Assembly (NCBI RefSeq): GCF_009914755.1
Contig: NC_060934.1
From: the human T2T-CHM13v2.0 reference genome, Homo sapiens
DNA: 64,000 nt
Direction: 5' to 3' (one strand)
Shown here: in pieces, positions 47,552 to 63,201 of the stretch
Layout of the letters: each line of letters begins with the position of its first letter
Numbering within the stretch: the stretch's first letter is position 1
Translations under genes and position numbers: made by a program
Notes under the pieces: model-generated
Databases searched by the model: none
What the model saw: only the letters and a program-made list of their open reading frames with translations
What the model was told of the DNA's origin: nothing

Positions 47552-49500
47552 AGGATACTAGATGAAGATGAGGAGCAGGGGTGTGGCGTGAGGAGGACAG
47601 ACCAGCTAGGAGGAGGAGCCTCTGGGCAAGAGATGAGGTGACCTGGTCAGGGCCCGTGGCCATGGAGATGGCAGGCATGGACACGGTGAAGCTATATTTT
47701 GGAGAAGAATCTAGAGGACTTTCTGATGATCAGATGTCGAAGTGCAGGACAGAGGAGACTCTCAGGCCACTTCCAGCTGCCCCTACCCAGTGGCCTTGTG
47801 GGAATCAGGAAAAGGGCTCCTCTAAACAAGCATGCAGCACAGGGCACCCGTGCAAGACCCTCACCCTGAGACCCTCCCTTGCAAGTGCGAAGTTGCTCAA
47901 GCCCCTGATTCTCACTCAGAGACCTGGTCAATTTTGGACTTGCAAAGCTTGTAGTGTCTGTGGCAATCCAAGGGGAGCCCTGGGCTCTGCCCAAGGTTTA
48001 GGGACCATTTCAACACAGTGATTCTACCCCTGGCTCCAGCTGTGTGTGAAGTTTCTTCCCTCCCTGCCTGGGCACCAGACTTTTTACAGTACTCACTGCA
48101 TTGGACGCAACTAACCTTGTGAAGAAAAGAGTTTTTAAAACCCTGGAAGCTAATGTTACAAGACTATTTAGCACTTAAATAAATGCAAGTTCTAGAACAT
48201 CTGCAGCCAAAATGAAAGTAAATAATGACAGAATGTGAGTCATGAGTAGTTTGCAAAGATTGTAAACAAAGCATCCTCCCAAATTCAGAGCCATGGCCTG
48301 AGAGTTGGGTACCAATTAATCAGCCCTTAACTCTATCACACACAAAAGGACACGTGTCCTCATTAGCAAGTCATGAGGGGAACTTAGCTAACTGACTGTC
48401 ACTTTGCTATCTGGAGTTCACTTAAAACTGAAATAAAAAGCTTATTCCCTGAAGAACAGAGCACTCATGCTCACATTGTTTGAAAGAATCACTTCACTGC
48501 CAGTGTCAACATGAAACTTAACATCCTGATATTTATGGGAAAGGCAAAACAACCCCGCTCGTAAACTGAAGAGATGAGCCCAACCACCCAGGCATGTCCC
48601 ATCAGTCCCTCTCCCAGGGGCTGGTCACTTTCTTTCTGATGGCAGTTGTTGGTGCAGACTTCATGTCCTCTCCTAGCCAATTGCTCTCCAAGGGCAGGGT
48701 TAATGCCTCATTCTTTCATCCCCCTACATTCCTGTGTCTAGTATTTGGCCTGGATGTAATAGGTGCACATTAAATATCTGTTGTGTGAGTGGATGAGCAT
48801 CTTTCCCAAAAGGCCAATGTTCACTCCAGCCCTGGACTTCCCGAAGGCCCTGTCCAGGCAGAGGATGGACCAAAAAGGGAGCTGGGTAGGAGACAGAAGG
48901 TTTGGCTCCTGTCCCAGACTCTGCCACTCACAAGCATGTGCTCATGTGAGCCACGTCATCCATTTTGGTGTTCCCATCTCTAAAACAGGAGGAATAGCTG
49001 TCCCCCCACTTTTTAAGGGTTTGCGATGACGCGATGGGAAAGAAGCACTTGGAAAGGGGTTCCACAAGTGTGATGTGGTTCCCCTCACACCTCAGAGGGG
49101 AGTTCTGCAATTGAGAAGGCGGGGCAGTGCAGGACCACGGTTAGACATGGTGTGCAACTTACTCTCAGAAAGCCAGCAGGTAAGCAGAGTGGATTTGGAG
49201 GTATAATGAATGACTGCAAAGTCACAGAAGACAAGGCCACCCAGGCTGTGCTCTCTGCACATGGGAACTAGAAATCAGAGTACAAAATATGGAGCCAGCA
49301 GATAACACAAATATGGGAGTGGCCTGCTGTAAGGCAATAGGGAATGGTGGGGCCTGCAGCCAACTAGAGATTACAATCATGCTCTGCTTCAGGCATTTGC
49401 AAAAAGATTTAAAACTTACACCCCATGAAACAGCAAAACGCATCTATGGCCTGCTGGCTGGGAGTCTGAGACCCCTGCAGATGGCTGTATCAAGCATGTC

Positions 49501-49791
49501 TTTTTTTTTTTCAGATGGAGTCTCGCTCTGTGGCCCAGACTGGGTGCAGTGCCACAATCTCAGCTCACTGCAACCTCTGCCTCCCAGGTTCCAGTGATTC
49601 TCCTGCCTGAGGTTCCCTAGTAGCTGGGATTACAGGTGTGCGCCACCACACCGGCTAATTTTTGTATTTTTAGTAGAGACGGAGTTTCACCACGTTGGCC
49701 AGGCTGGTCTCAAACTCCTGACTTTAGGTGATCCGCCCGCCCCAACCTCCCAAAGTGCTGGGATTACAGGCGTGAGCCACCATGCTGGGTC
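49501..49791 (-). mobile_element. Alu
   Basis: Poly-T plus reverse Alu body. Confidence 0.94.
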
Positions 49792-49799
49792 TCTAGCAC

Positions 49800-50322
49800 G
49801 TCTTTTTATTCCAATGCTCACCTGGGGCCTTGCTGACACTGGAGAGACTGCCCCTCCCGGGCAGGGCCCCCTAATTCCTAGAGATAGTAAACAACTAGGG
49901 TGTACCTTTAATATGCAAAGCAACCAATCCAGAGCATGTAACCCAGATGCCTCCTTGATCAGACTCTCACACTGGGGGCCATGACCCATCTGCCCTAAGC
50001 ACCTCACGGGCTGGCCAGACAACTAGGGACAGTCCCTATACCCCAGAGCCTGCTGAAATGACTCAAACCAGCCCGTCCGAAGCCTGTTTACCCTGCTTGC
50101 CTTTTCCAAAGAAACCACAGTAGAGGCTCTTGCCCACATTTTCCCTCTGGGCTGCCTCCTGACCCTGGTGCTTCCCCCACGTGGACCTGCATGACTATCG
50201 CATGCCACCTCAGCTTAGGAACTGCGAGCAACAAACTCTCTCCAGTGGCAGTTGTCTCCTGACTGTTGGCCTCATTAGGCCTGAATAGTAAGAAAACCTG
50301 TATTTTCATACATCTGTAAACC
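49800..50322 (+). mobile_element. ERVL-class LTR (MER74/MER73/MER54-like)
   Basis: gactgcccctccc...aattcctagagatagtaaacaac...atatgcaaagcaaccaatccagagc; ends in ...taCA. Confidence 0.6.
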
Positions 50323-50409
50323 CCACCGGAGCACAGATCATCATTGCTGCTTTATTTCCCCCTGTGAATCTCGGCACCTAGCACAGTCTCTGGCACGTTG
50401 AAAACACAA

Positions 50410-50804
<395 letters not shown>

Positions 50805-51435
50805 TAATCGATGAATGGATGGGCATAGGGACGAAAGCAAAGGGCTGGGTAGAAGCATCTGTTTGGCTACGCGGGTCCCTACACTTCAGCCTCACATTTG
50901 CAATTGCTTCAGGACACTAAATTCTGCATATGCCTCATTTCTGCGACTGGCATAGACGTAGGCAATCAGGCAGGAGCAAGCCAGAGGGAGTGGCATAAGT
51001 TCACGCTAGTAGGAGTAAGTGGTGATTAAACTCTGAGGCTCACCACCCTGCTGGCATTCAGCTCTTCAGGCAGCTCCTAAGTGGGGGCGGGCGGAAGGCT
51101 TTTCTTTTAATGTCCGATCTTCTGGCTAACTCTGGCTATTTGCTTTATTCAAACTCTTAAAAAGAGATGGTCATCTCAAAGAGTCTCTGCACCCATTGAT
51201 AAAAGGGGAAAAGTCAGAGAGCAGCCTCCTCGCCCACCTTCAGTCTCTGGGACCTGCCCACAACAGGCTCTTCCAAAGGGAATCAATCAGGTCGCCATGA
51301 AGCCTCCCTACGTCTGCAATGGTGCAGTGGGCTGTCCCCACATCCCTGAATAACCGAACTGCATCCGGTTAATAAACCGAAAGCTGAGCTAGAGAACCTG
51401 TGTTGTTTTTCATCTTTACTCTTTAAAATGCATCA

Positions 51436-52235
<800 letters not shown>

Positions 52236-52747
52236 TTAGTGCTTGGCAGTGAACGGTTCCCTGAAGACCATCCCTTTCCCAGGCCCTGGATGGAAGGGCA
52301 GGAAACATTTGACCACAGTGTCTAGACAGCAAGGCTAGGGAATCTGGGGGGCTGCCCAGGAGCTCATATGGGGGACAGCCATCAGTAGGGTAACTGACCC
52401 AGACTAGAACCAGATTAGGGCTTGTAATAGGCATTATCCTAGTCTAATTATTGAGATCACCCCCTCTTTTCTCCCAAAAGTGTCCTAGTTTGATTGATAA
52501 ATTATACAGCCACCTTCAACATTAGTGAATTTTGCAAACAGGAAAGTCTGAGTTGGGAGGCTCACACGCAACAGAAGCTGGTCACTTTGTACAAATAGAA
52601 AGGGCTTAGCAAACATCCTGGAAAAGGCCTGGTGGCAGCACCCAACCCCCTACAAATAGCAGGAACAATTCACCAAAGGGAACTGAGCCTGACCTTGGCC
52701 CTGGTGGGCTCTGCTCTAAAAGTGGAGTTCCTGGGCTGGCGGGGACA

Positions 52748-52787
52748 GCCTGGCCCAAGCGTGCCCCGCCTGGCCCAAGCGTGCCCC
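52748..52787. repeat. Perfect 20-bp tandem duplication GCCTGGCCCAAGCGTGCCCC x2
   Basis: Read directly. Confidence 0.95.
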
Positions 52788-53409
52788 ATTCACAGCCTCC
52801 TCACCCAAGAAGGGCAGGCTTCAAGGCAGCATTTCTTTTCCCCGTTGAAGTCTCAAGCCAGAGTTAGCAAGTTCAGCAAAGGGCAGGAGCAGAGAGGAAA
52901 GGATTATGATGTGTCCCCGATGGGTACAGGAGAAGGGAACAGCCCCACCAACTCCAACCTCAGTACGCACCTGTGCTACAATCCCATTCAACAACACCTT
53001 GAGTTGCCATGGGGACCCTGAACAATTTCCCACTTGTGTTTTTTTTCCTTCCTGGTTGAGATCTTGTTTCTGTCAAGATGAACTATTTATCTGTGTTGCA
53101 TGAAATGTCATGGGTTGTGGTCAAAACCAGGACCAACCCACGCACAAGAAATAATAACCCTTTGATGACACTCACACACAAGCTTCCCAAGTCTTTAGAG
53201 GCTGTCAGTGATTCATTTTCTTTTTCCAGCACTGAACTTGCTCTCGAGAAATATTTAACCCAAAAGGCGACTGGCAGGCCATACCCCCAGTAGCCTGGGT
53301 TTGCCGGATCAACTCATGTTTGAGTTAATTTACCAAGTGACCTGTGGACATGCGTCCACTCACCAGAGAGGCAGAGCAAACACTTACAAGGTAAAAGGTA
53401 GTGTGATAC

Positions 53410-53706
53410 GTTTCACCTTGTGGCCTTACATGAGGTTTAATTAAGCTACAAAATGCTCGACGTGTCCAGTGTTGAAGGAATCTCTGTTTTGTAAACTAAA
53501 ACTTCCAAGTTATTATTATTCTTTTTTTATGTTAGCTTAGCCATCATGCAAAATTTACTGGTGAAGCAGTTAATAAAACACACATCCCATTGAAGGGTTT
53601 TGTACATTTCAGTCCTTACAAATAACAAAGCAATGATAAACCCGGCACGGTCCTGAGAGGAAATTCCTTTGCTTCTTAAAGCTGCCAGTCCCGGCTTTTT
53701 GGGGGC
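53410..53706 (-). other. RGS10: RGS10 3'UTR
   Basis: A/U-rich segment between the RGS10 stop codon and a minus-strand ATTAAA; end position approximate. Confidence 0.75.
53436..53441 (-). terminator. RGS10 polyadenylation signal ATTAAA
   Basis: tttaat on + is ATTAAA on -, about 265 nt after the stop. U/GU-rich ccttttaccttgtaagtgtttg lies downstream on the - strand. Confidence 0.7.
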
Positions 53707-53853
53707 TCATGTGTTATAAATTCTGGAAGCTCTTTTAGCTGCAGTTTGAGCATCAGGCAAATCTTCTTCCTCTTCCTCGGTTCGCTTGTGTTTTAAAAAC
53801 AAGTCAGACTTTAAGAAGCGGCTGTAGCTGTCGTACTTCATGAGATTAAAGAT
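53707..53853 (-). CDS. RGS10: RGS10 terminal coding exon: end of RGS domain, acidic tail and KRAS PKA motif
   Basis: Minus strand reads tttttcttttcctccttag|ATC TTT AAT CTC ATG AAG TAC GAC..., giving [48 protein letters not shown] (TGA = tca at 53707-53709). [12 protein letters not shown] is the RGS-domain signature. Confidence 0.96.
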   Translation of the reverse strand: MFNLMKYDSYSRFLKSDLFLKHKRTEEEEEDLPDAQTAAKRASRIYNT

Positions 53854-54928
53854 CTAAGGAGGAAAAGAAAAAAGAGTCTGAAGGCTGAGGCTAATCCAGG
53901 CCATAAATCATCCCATCAGATATGTATTAATACCTACCATGTGCCAAAGAATACTAACACATGCAAAGAACACACTAAGAAAGCTCAAATAAGTCATCTG
54001 CTAGACAAGGCAGATTTCCTGGAGATTTTTGGTCATTATGCAATAATCTCAATGGAATATATAGACAGTCACATGAACAAATATGCCTTTATTTTCCACG
54101 GAAATATAGATTCACACAGCACTGATTCAGACCCTTGTACCAAGAAGTCCTTCAAGACTCTCCACTTTATTTGCCTAGATAAGACAAGGATGTATTTCTC
54201 CAAGAGCTTGAGACAGCCGAATAGAAACCATTTCTGTAGAGACAGTGGTGTTAAAAAGATCACTGACATATCATATGATGCCAGCATTGTTAAGACTCCC
54301 AGTAAGTCTGGCATCCGAGATCTCAAACAAACCTATTATTGTACCAGGAGTCAAAATGAGGCGTGCTCACTGCAGGGCAGGGCAGCAAAACTATAATCTT
54401 AGCAAGGGAACAGGTCCCAAATAAAGAATAGAGCAGCCAGCTGCAGAATGCCAACATCTGTGCCATCAGACAGGCTGGGGAGCACATCCCTAGAATGAAA
54501 CAACTCTAAGGTATGTCAGGTGAGCGAAGAGGACACCCGACAGAGCTGAAGTGCCCCAGATTAGACGGCTGCCCCCGCCGGCATGGCAGGTGCTCAGAGG
54601 GCTGTCCCCAGGCACAGTAGCTTCCTCTGGCCGCCACTGAACCTCTTTTCTGGGCCACAGTCCTTGTGACCAGCATTCATTCTCCCCCACTGCTACCCAA
54701 TCCTGTGCCATCTGCCCTCCTCCCTTGCCCCAGGAAAGGGGCAGAGAAAGAGAAGCACAAAGCCTTTTCCAGCTGTCAAGGGCTATGATCTCTTTCCCAC
54801 CCCTCATTTCTCTCTCTCTCAGACCTTTCCACTTAACTCGCAGTACACTCTGCAACTAAAAATCCACATGGTTCACCCTGGTACACGGAACAACCAAGTG
54901 GAAAGTTCCAGAGATGTCTAGAATGTCA

Positions 54929-55353
<425 letters not shown>

Positions 55354-56689
55354 AAACATCTGAGGGACTCAAAGGACTCAGAACATCTGCTTGGAGGATG
55401 GGAGGTGCTTCAGGAGGGAACTGGAACCCTCAAATTTTACACCTTCATCTTCCCAAGATGGCTTCAACCACAGCAGAACTGCCTGAGTCACTGTGCTATA
55501 AACAGAGTCCACAACCCAGAGAAAGACCTGGGACTTTAGGTTTTCTTTAAACTGTTAAACTAGCGCCTGCCCATCCCCTGGTGCCCTTCTAGTCTTGCCC
55601 GAGTCCTCCAGCTGCTCAGCAAGACCCTGCCTCCTTAAGCCCCTGTCCTGTGCCACACTAGAGCAGTCATCTATCTTGTAGCCATCCTGTAATTCCAGGT
55701 GTGATTGTAATTTGCTGAGGTTTACAGAAAAAAAAAACAAACTTTTTTTTAATCCCAGAAAATACAAAAATCATAGCCAGGGCTGAGGTGGGGGATGAGA
55801 AACGCCATTACTCCTTCATGGCCTCCCACCGACGTGCTAAGCAAGCGTCACCATCTGCCTTATTCAGCCCTTCCAGGCACAAGAGTCCCCAAGGGGAAAC
55901 TTTCAGAGGCTCACCTAGTTCAAAGTCTGCAATGAACGCTCAAATGTGACTAATGAAACCAGTTGCACGAAGGTCCCACCTGGCACCCAGCCTCAGTCCT
56001 GTACCCACTCCCACCCCAGGTCCACGCAGATGGGACCCACCACTCTAAGCAGGATGCGGTGCGACCCAAGCGTCTCGTGTGAAGTCTGCATGTGGGAGAG
56101 GAACATCCTGTTTGCCTGTAGTGGCTCTGAGGCTCAGACTTCAAAGTAGAGAAGAAAAAAGGCCGGTGCTGGGGGCACCCAGGGCAGAGGAGGAGGGGGA
56201 GGGAAGGAGGCTGCTTCGGCTGGGAGGAAGCTCAGGGGCTGCACCGGGCTGGCAGGACTCGACCCCGAGATCCCGAGATCCCAAGGCTGCCAGCAAGCCT
56301 GAGGGGAGGGGGCTGCGAACTATTTATTAAGAGCATAAGGGCCACTCCCTACTGGGGCAGGTGTGAAATGCCCCACGAGTGCAGAAGTCCCTCAGGCAGA
56401 GGTTTCCTCCTCTGAGAGCCCTTGCCCATCTCCCGTGCTGCTGCAGTGACTGGGAGGCAGCTGTGGCTGTTGGACCCAGACAGGCTGGAGAAAGGAGAGG
56501 ATGTCGCCCCCAAAGCCCTCGTGCGCCTGGGCTGTGGGAAGCCTGATTGCTTTACATGGGGTGCACGGGCAGACTTCTGACTGCCACCGGCCAACGACCC
56601 CCTGGGCCTGGCTCAGGAGCACACAGCAACAGGGTGCTCCTGGGACGGGGCTCAGCAAAGGTGACTTAGAGGATGGAGAATGCAACTAA

Positions 56690-56950
56690 GGCCGGGTGCG
56701 GTGGCTCATGCCTGAAACTCCAGCACTTTGGGAGGCTGAGGCGGGCGGATAGCAAAATCCTGTCTCTACTAAAAATATAAAAATTAGCAGGGCTTGGTGG
56801 CACCCACCTGTAGTCCCAGCTACTAAGGAGGCTGAGGTGGGAGGATCACCTAAGCCCGCGGAGGTTGAGGCTGCAGTGAGCTAAGATCACGCCACTGCAC
56901 TCCATCCTGGGTGATAGAGCCAGACCCTGTCTCAAAAAAAAAAAAAAAAG
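56690..56950 (+). mobile_element. Alu with left-arm deletion
   Basis: ggcggat jumps to agcaaaatcctgtctctact; TSD-like gagaatgca(a/c)ctaa. Confidence 0.9.
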
Positions 56951-57254
56951 AGAATGCACCTAAAACTTTCTTCCAAGAAAGTGGCCAGAGATCGTGTGCC
57001 CAGCTACTGGCCAGAGCCTCATCTATCACAGGGAAAAGAGCTGTGACTGGGGCCCAGTAAGTGTTTACCAGTGGCTGAAGAGAAATCGTGCGCTGTGCAG
57101 CAGCAGAGGCTGGGGAAATGAACCCGGCTAGTACCAACGCGGCTGCAGTGCCCTCCAGCCCTGCGCTGGGCAGCGTGTGGGCATTCTTTCATTCAGTTCT
57201 CCCTCCAGCGCTCTGAAGACCCCCATTTGACAGAGGAAGAAACGAGGGGCTTAG

Positions 57255-57565
57255 GGGTTCCTCACAGTTCTGGAGGCTAGAAGTCCAAGTCAAGGTGCCA
57301 TCAGGGTTGGTTTCTCCTGAGGCCGCTGTCCTCGGCTCGTAGACCACACCTTCTCCCTGCGTCTTCACAGGGTCTCCCCGGTGCACGTGTGTCCTTACCT
57401 CCTCTTCTCACAAGGACACTAGTCAGATTGGGTTAGAGCTCACCTCAATGTCCTCGTTTAATGTTAATTACCCCTTTAAAGCCCTATCTCCAAATAAAGT
57501 CACATTCTGGGGATTAGGACTTCAACATATGGATTAGGGAGGGGAGCACAGTTCAGCCCATAACA
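57255..57565 (-). mobile_element. MLT1 (MaLR) LTR
   Basis: ctcacagttctggaggctagaagtccaag...aaggacactagtcagattggg...ggacttcaacatat...cacagttcagcccataaca. Confidence 0.8.
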
Positions 57566-57717
57566 GTGAGCAAAAGAGAAGGGCGGAAGGCCAGCCCTGG
57601 CAGGCTCTGCAGCCCCCACTCCCAACCATGAGGCCATCTGCCACTCGCATGGCAGGACAATAAAAACGAGGGCTGCAAAGAGAGTAACATGGAAAACTGC
57701 CCGTGAATGTTAAATGA

Positions 57718-58069
<352 letters not shown>

Positions 58070-58132
58070 CCAAATACATTCTTTAAGAGTGTATCCATGT
58101 GTCTAAGTGAGAAACAATATGTCCCCAAAGGT

Positions 58133-58590
58133 CAGTAGTGGGGTGAATGGTGTTCCCCCAAACTTACATTCACCTCGAATCTCAGAATGGACCTCATTTG
58201 AAAAGAGGGTTGCATAAGGGTCTCAAAATAAAATCATACTGCATTTAGGGTAGGCCCTAAATCCAGGGACTGGGTGTCCTTATCAGAAGAGGAGGGGACA
58301 CACTGAGGGAAGAAGGCGTGTGAAGGCAGAGGGAGACATCGGTGATGCAGCCACGTGCCAAGGAGCGCTAAGGAGTGCCGGCAGCCACCAGCAGTCTGTA
58401 AGCTGAAGGGGCAAGTAAGCACACCCCACACCCTCTCGCCACCACCCACCAGAGTCTTGTGGAGAACAGGGCCCTGCCAACACCTTGATGTCATATTTTC
58501 AATCCGTTTCTGCTGAGCGAATACGTTTCTGCTGTTTGAAGCCACTTGACTTGGGGTCATTGCTTATGACAGTCCAAGGAGGCTCATCCA
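58133..58590 (+). mobile_element. MLT1 (MaLR) LTR
   Basis: gaatggtgttccccca...gggtaggccctaaatcca...gtgatgcagccac...gccctgccaacaccttgat. Confidence 0.75.
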
Positions 58591-58699
58591 GTTGGCTTGT
58601 TGATTTCACCTCACCCCGGCTCAAACACAGAAAATGAGATGGGCCTAGGGGTCCCAGACAGTTCCAACAAGCAGGGATCCCTGAGGGGGAGACATGACC

Positions 58700-60200
58700 T
58701 CACCAGGTTTGGACTGTGATGGGCACCTGAACAACACGGTCAGACTCCTTAAGGGTCCACAAGGCAGAGAAAGAAGAAAATGGAGCTATCTGGGCTAAGC
58801 AGGAGGCCGCAGGTGAGTGGAAGACACGGGAACAGAGCTGAGGCCACCATCCGTCCAACAAACGGCTGCTGGTGAAGCGGAAAACTCAAGTTGGCGGCTG
58901 AGCTGCATTCTGCATCTTTTTTTTTTTTTTTTTTTTTTTTGGCCAAGACAGCTGCGGCTTAGCAAGCTTTGGGGTTTTGGCAGCCCCACATCTGCAAGCT
59001 GCACGCCCGGACTGTAAACTGTTTAGCATCGTTGCCTTGGGATCCAATCCTACAGGCTGCTGGAAGTGAGACTCGGACAAAAATGAGGAGGGAGGCTTCC
59101 TGCAGATGTGCAACTCTGCACAACCGTCCTGCAGAACAAGGTCTTTATATCACCAAGCCACCTCCTCTCCAGATCCCAGACATTGCCATGGCTGAGCAGG
59201 ATTTGCCTTCCTGAAAGAAAAATATCCATGCAGTGCCCCAACTTCAGACTGTTCCAAATGTGCCGCTCCAGGAAAGGACGTCCCCCTGACGCATACTCAT
59301 CTGTGCAGAAACGAGGACCTCAACCAGCCTTGAAGGCCCCTCTGTGAATATTGCGTCACTGTCTCCATTCATTGCGTTTCAAGCCTAATAAATATTTTAA
59401 CACTTCTCAGAAGACAAGTACAGAAGACCTAAACAAAACATGCATCCTCTCTTCTCTTCAAAACCCTCTGCCATTTTATTTTAATCCAGCACAGGAAGAA
59501 AAAAATCATTCCTTAAGGCAATGAAAGTTTAATTAGCGGGATATCATATCTGCTTTAAGAACTTGGTTTCGCTTGTATATGAAAATCGCTGAAAGAAGGT
59601 GGAAGCACCGCCGTCTCTGAATTGCGGCTCTAGAATGCGTCCTCTCTTCACACACATGGACTACAGACGTGCTTTTGTACCCACGCGAGGAGACAGAAAG
59701 GGGGAAGAAAGGAAGTTCCTGTCCCTCCAGCCCTCAGAAGTGGCTGGGCATTGACGAGGCTGTCGGGGCAAGGCGCAAACAGGGATGTGCCTACCCCCTA
59801 AAGTGAAGACCACCTCCCTCTCAAGTGGGAACGGGCTGCACCCAGGAGGAGGTCTGAGGGCAGCTGGCAGACAGCAGATGAGCAGACGAAGCAGCTCAAG
59901 TCAGCCCTTGCCCCAGAGCGCCAGGACGGGCCACACAGAAGGCTCTGTCGCCTTGCACGGCTCTCCAGCTTCACGACAGACCAGCCAGAGATGGACAGTG
60001 TGCCAGGGGTGGGATTGGAACTCCAGAAGGAGTCTGGACACCAGCGGGATCAGAGAGACCTCGCTTGGACGATATCCCCTCCCAAGCTCACGGGTTCACG
60101 CGTGTGGCGGTCACACGTGTGGAGCGGATTGTCCGCTTTTTTCTACCGTCCACACGATTCAAATTCCAGGCCCAAATGACATGACTCACTTTCTGCTGGG
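58700..60200. promoter_or_regulatory. Candidate RGS10 intronic enhancer
   Basis: Repeat-free ~1.5 kb with visibly more CpGs than its flanks; ETS/PU.1-like aagaaaggaagt at ~59705-59716. Confidence 0.3.
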
Positions 60201-60216
60201 GGTGAAGGCATTTTAA

Positions 60217-60780
<564 letters not shown>

Positions 60781-61172
60781 TGATCTTTTGGAGCAAATGT
60801 CACCTGGCACCCATAAGACTGACACATCCTAAGTCCCTGGCTCTGGCCACCACCACAGCCTCTGCCACCACCCAGGAGAGGGGACCATGGTCATGCAGGG
60901 GCACTCAGGCCAAGGTCCTGTTTGGAGAAATAATGGGGCAAGGGAGAGAATGGGCCCCCAAATGACTGCCACAGGCCGGACAGCCCCTCTCTCACCCTCC
61001 GAGGCCCTCAATAGCTGGCCCACCCCTCTTACTTACGTTGAAAAAGGAAGCATTTTTCCCCTCTTACGTTCTGGGAAAACTCAAAGAAACTGCATTACTA
61101 AAAAGGGACCCCATTCATGGCTCCTTTCTCTGTCAAGGATGTGGCTGGGAGCACTAGCATCTCACCCAAGGC

Positions 61173-61444
61173 TTTTTTTTTTTTTTTTTTTTTGAGACAG
61201 AGTCTCACTCTGTTGCCCAGGCTGGAGTGCTGTGGCATGATCTCAGCTCAGTGCAACCTCTCCCTTCCAGGTTCAATTGATTCTCCCAACCCAGACTCCC
61301 AAGTAGCTGGGATTATAGGCACATGCAACCATGTCCGGCGACTTTTTGTATTTTTAGTAGAGACGGGGTTTCACCACGTTGGCCAGGCTGGTCTCAAACT
61401 CCTGACCTCAGGTGATCCGCCCACCTCAGCCTCCCAAACTGCTG
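61173..61444 (-). mobile_element. Alu (head truncated)
   Basis: Poly-T plus reverse Alu body. Confidence 0.92.
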
Positions 61445-61530
61445 GTTTTCCATTTTTTTTGTAAGCACCAGAGGCTGAGGACTTCTTTTTGAGTGGAGAA
61501 GGCCACCTCATCTCTGCTTTTCCAGGCTAG

Positions 61531-61903
<373 letters not shown>

Positions 61904-62402
61904 TAAGTGTAGGCATGGGGACCCCTGATATTCATGGAAGAAGAATGAGCACCCCACAACCCCAAACCCATGCCCTTCTCTTCCATGGACTGAGAAAGCC
62001 ACGAAGCTGCCATGTGCAATGATCTGGACCTTTCTATCTTCATCAAGCTCATGGCTGTTCCAGACCATGCTGCGCTGTATATAGAACTTAAACCAAAGGC
62101 TTCTGAGCAAGAAAGGTGTGTAAACTGGGGCTAAGAAATGTGCCAGAGGAGAATTTTGTTTTAAATCTTTCATATGGAACAACTTTAAGTCACTGAGCAG
62201 ACTTCAATGTGTTCCATTCTTCAATGTTTGAGTACAGCCTGAAAGGACCAATAACGTCATCGATTTCCTGCTAAGAAGAGAGAAGGAGCGGCAGGACTGG
62301 GGGATCTTAACTTTTCACTTCATACCCACCTGGACACATGAATTTTCTTTTCTTTATCTTAACAATAAGCATGTACTAATTCAATAACTTAAGATAATTT
62401 TA

Positions 62403-62787
62403 GGCCAGACACTGTGGCTCACACCTGTAATCACAGCAGCACTTTAGGAAGCCAAGGCTGGAGGATTGCTTGAGCCCAGGAGTTCAAGACCGGCCTGGGC
62501 AACATAGTAAGACCCCATCCCTAGAAAAATATATTTTAAAAATTAGCCAAGTGTGGTGGCACATGCCTATAGTCCCAGCTACTCAGCAGTCTAAGGTTAG
62601 AGGATGGATCGAGCCTGGGAGGTCAAGGCTACAGTGAGCCATGATGGTGCCACTGTATTCCAGCCTCGATGACAGAGGGAGACCCAGTATAAAAAAAATT
62701 AAAATAGGCAGGGCGCAGTGGTTCATGCCTGTAATCCCAGCACTTTGGGAGGCTGAGGTGGGCAGATCACTTGAGGTCAGGAGTTCA
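62403..62787 (+). mobile_element. AluJ-like element followed by an Alu left-arm fragment (62707-62787)
   Basis: Dimeric Alu, then ggcagggcgcagtggttca...gaggtcaggagttca. Confidence 0.9.
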
Positions 62788-62818
62788 TAAATACCTTATT
62801 ATTATAACCTCCACTTCA

Positions 62819-63201
<383 letters not shown>

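Noticed and set aside
53941-54396. 151-aa plus-strand ORF next to the RGS10 exon
   Set aside because: GTG start, antisense to an RGS10 intron, no homology recognisable.
58810-58818. Perfect 5' splice consensus CAG|GTGAGT on the + strand (antisense exon?)
   Set aside because: An isolated 9-mer with no convincing matching acceptor or other exon; could occur by chance.
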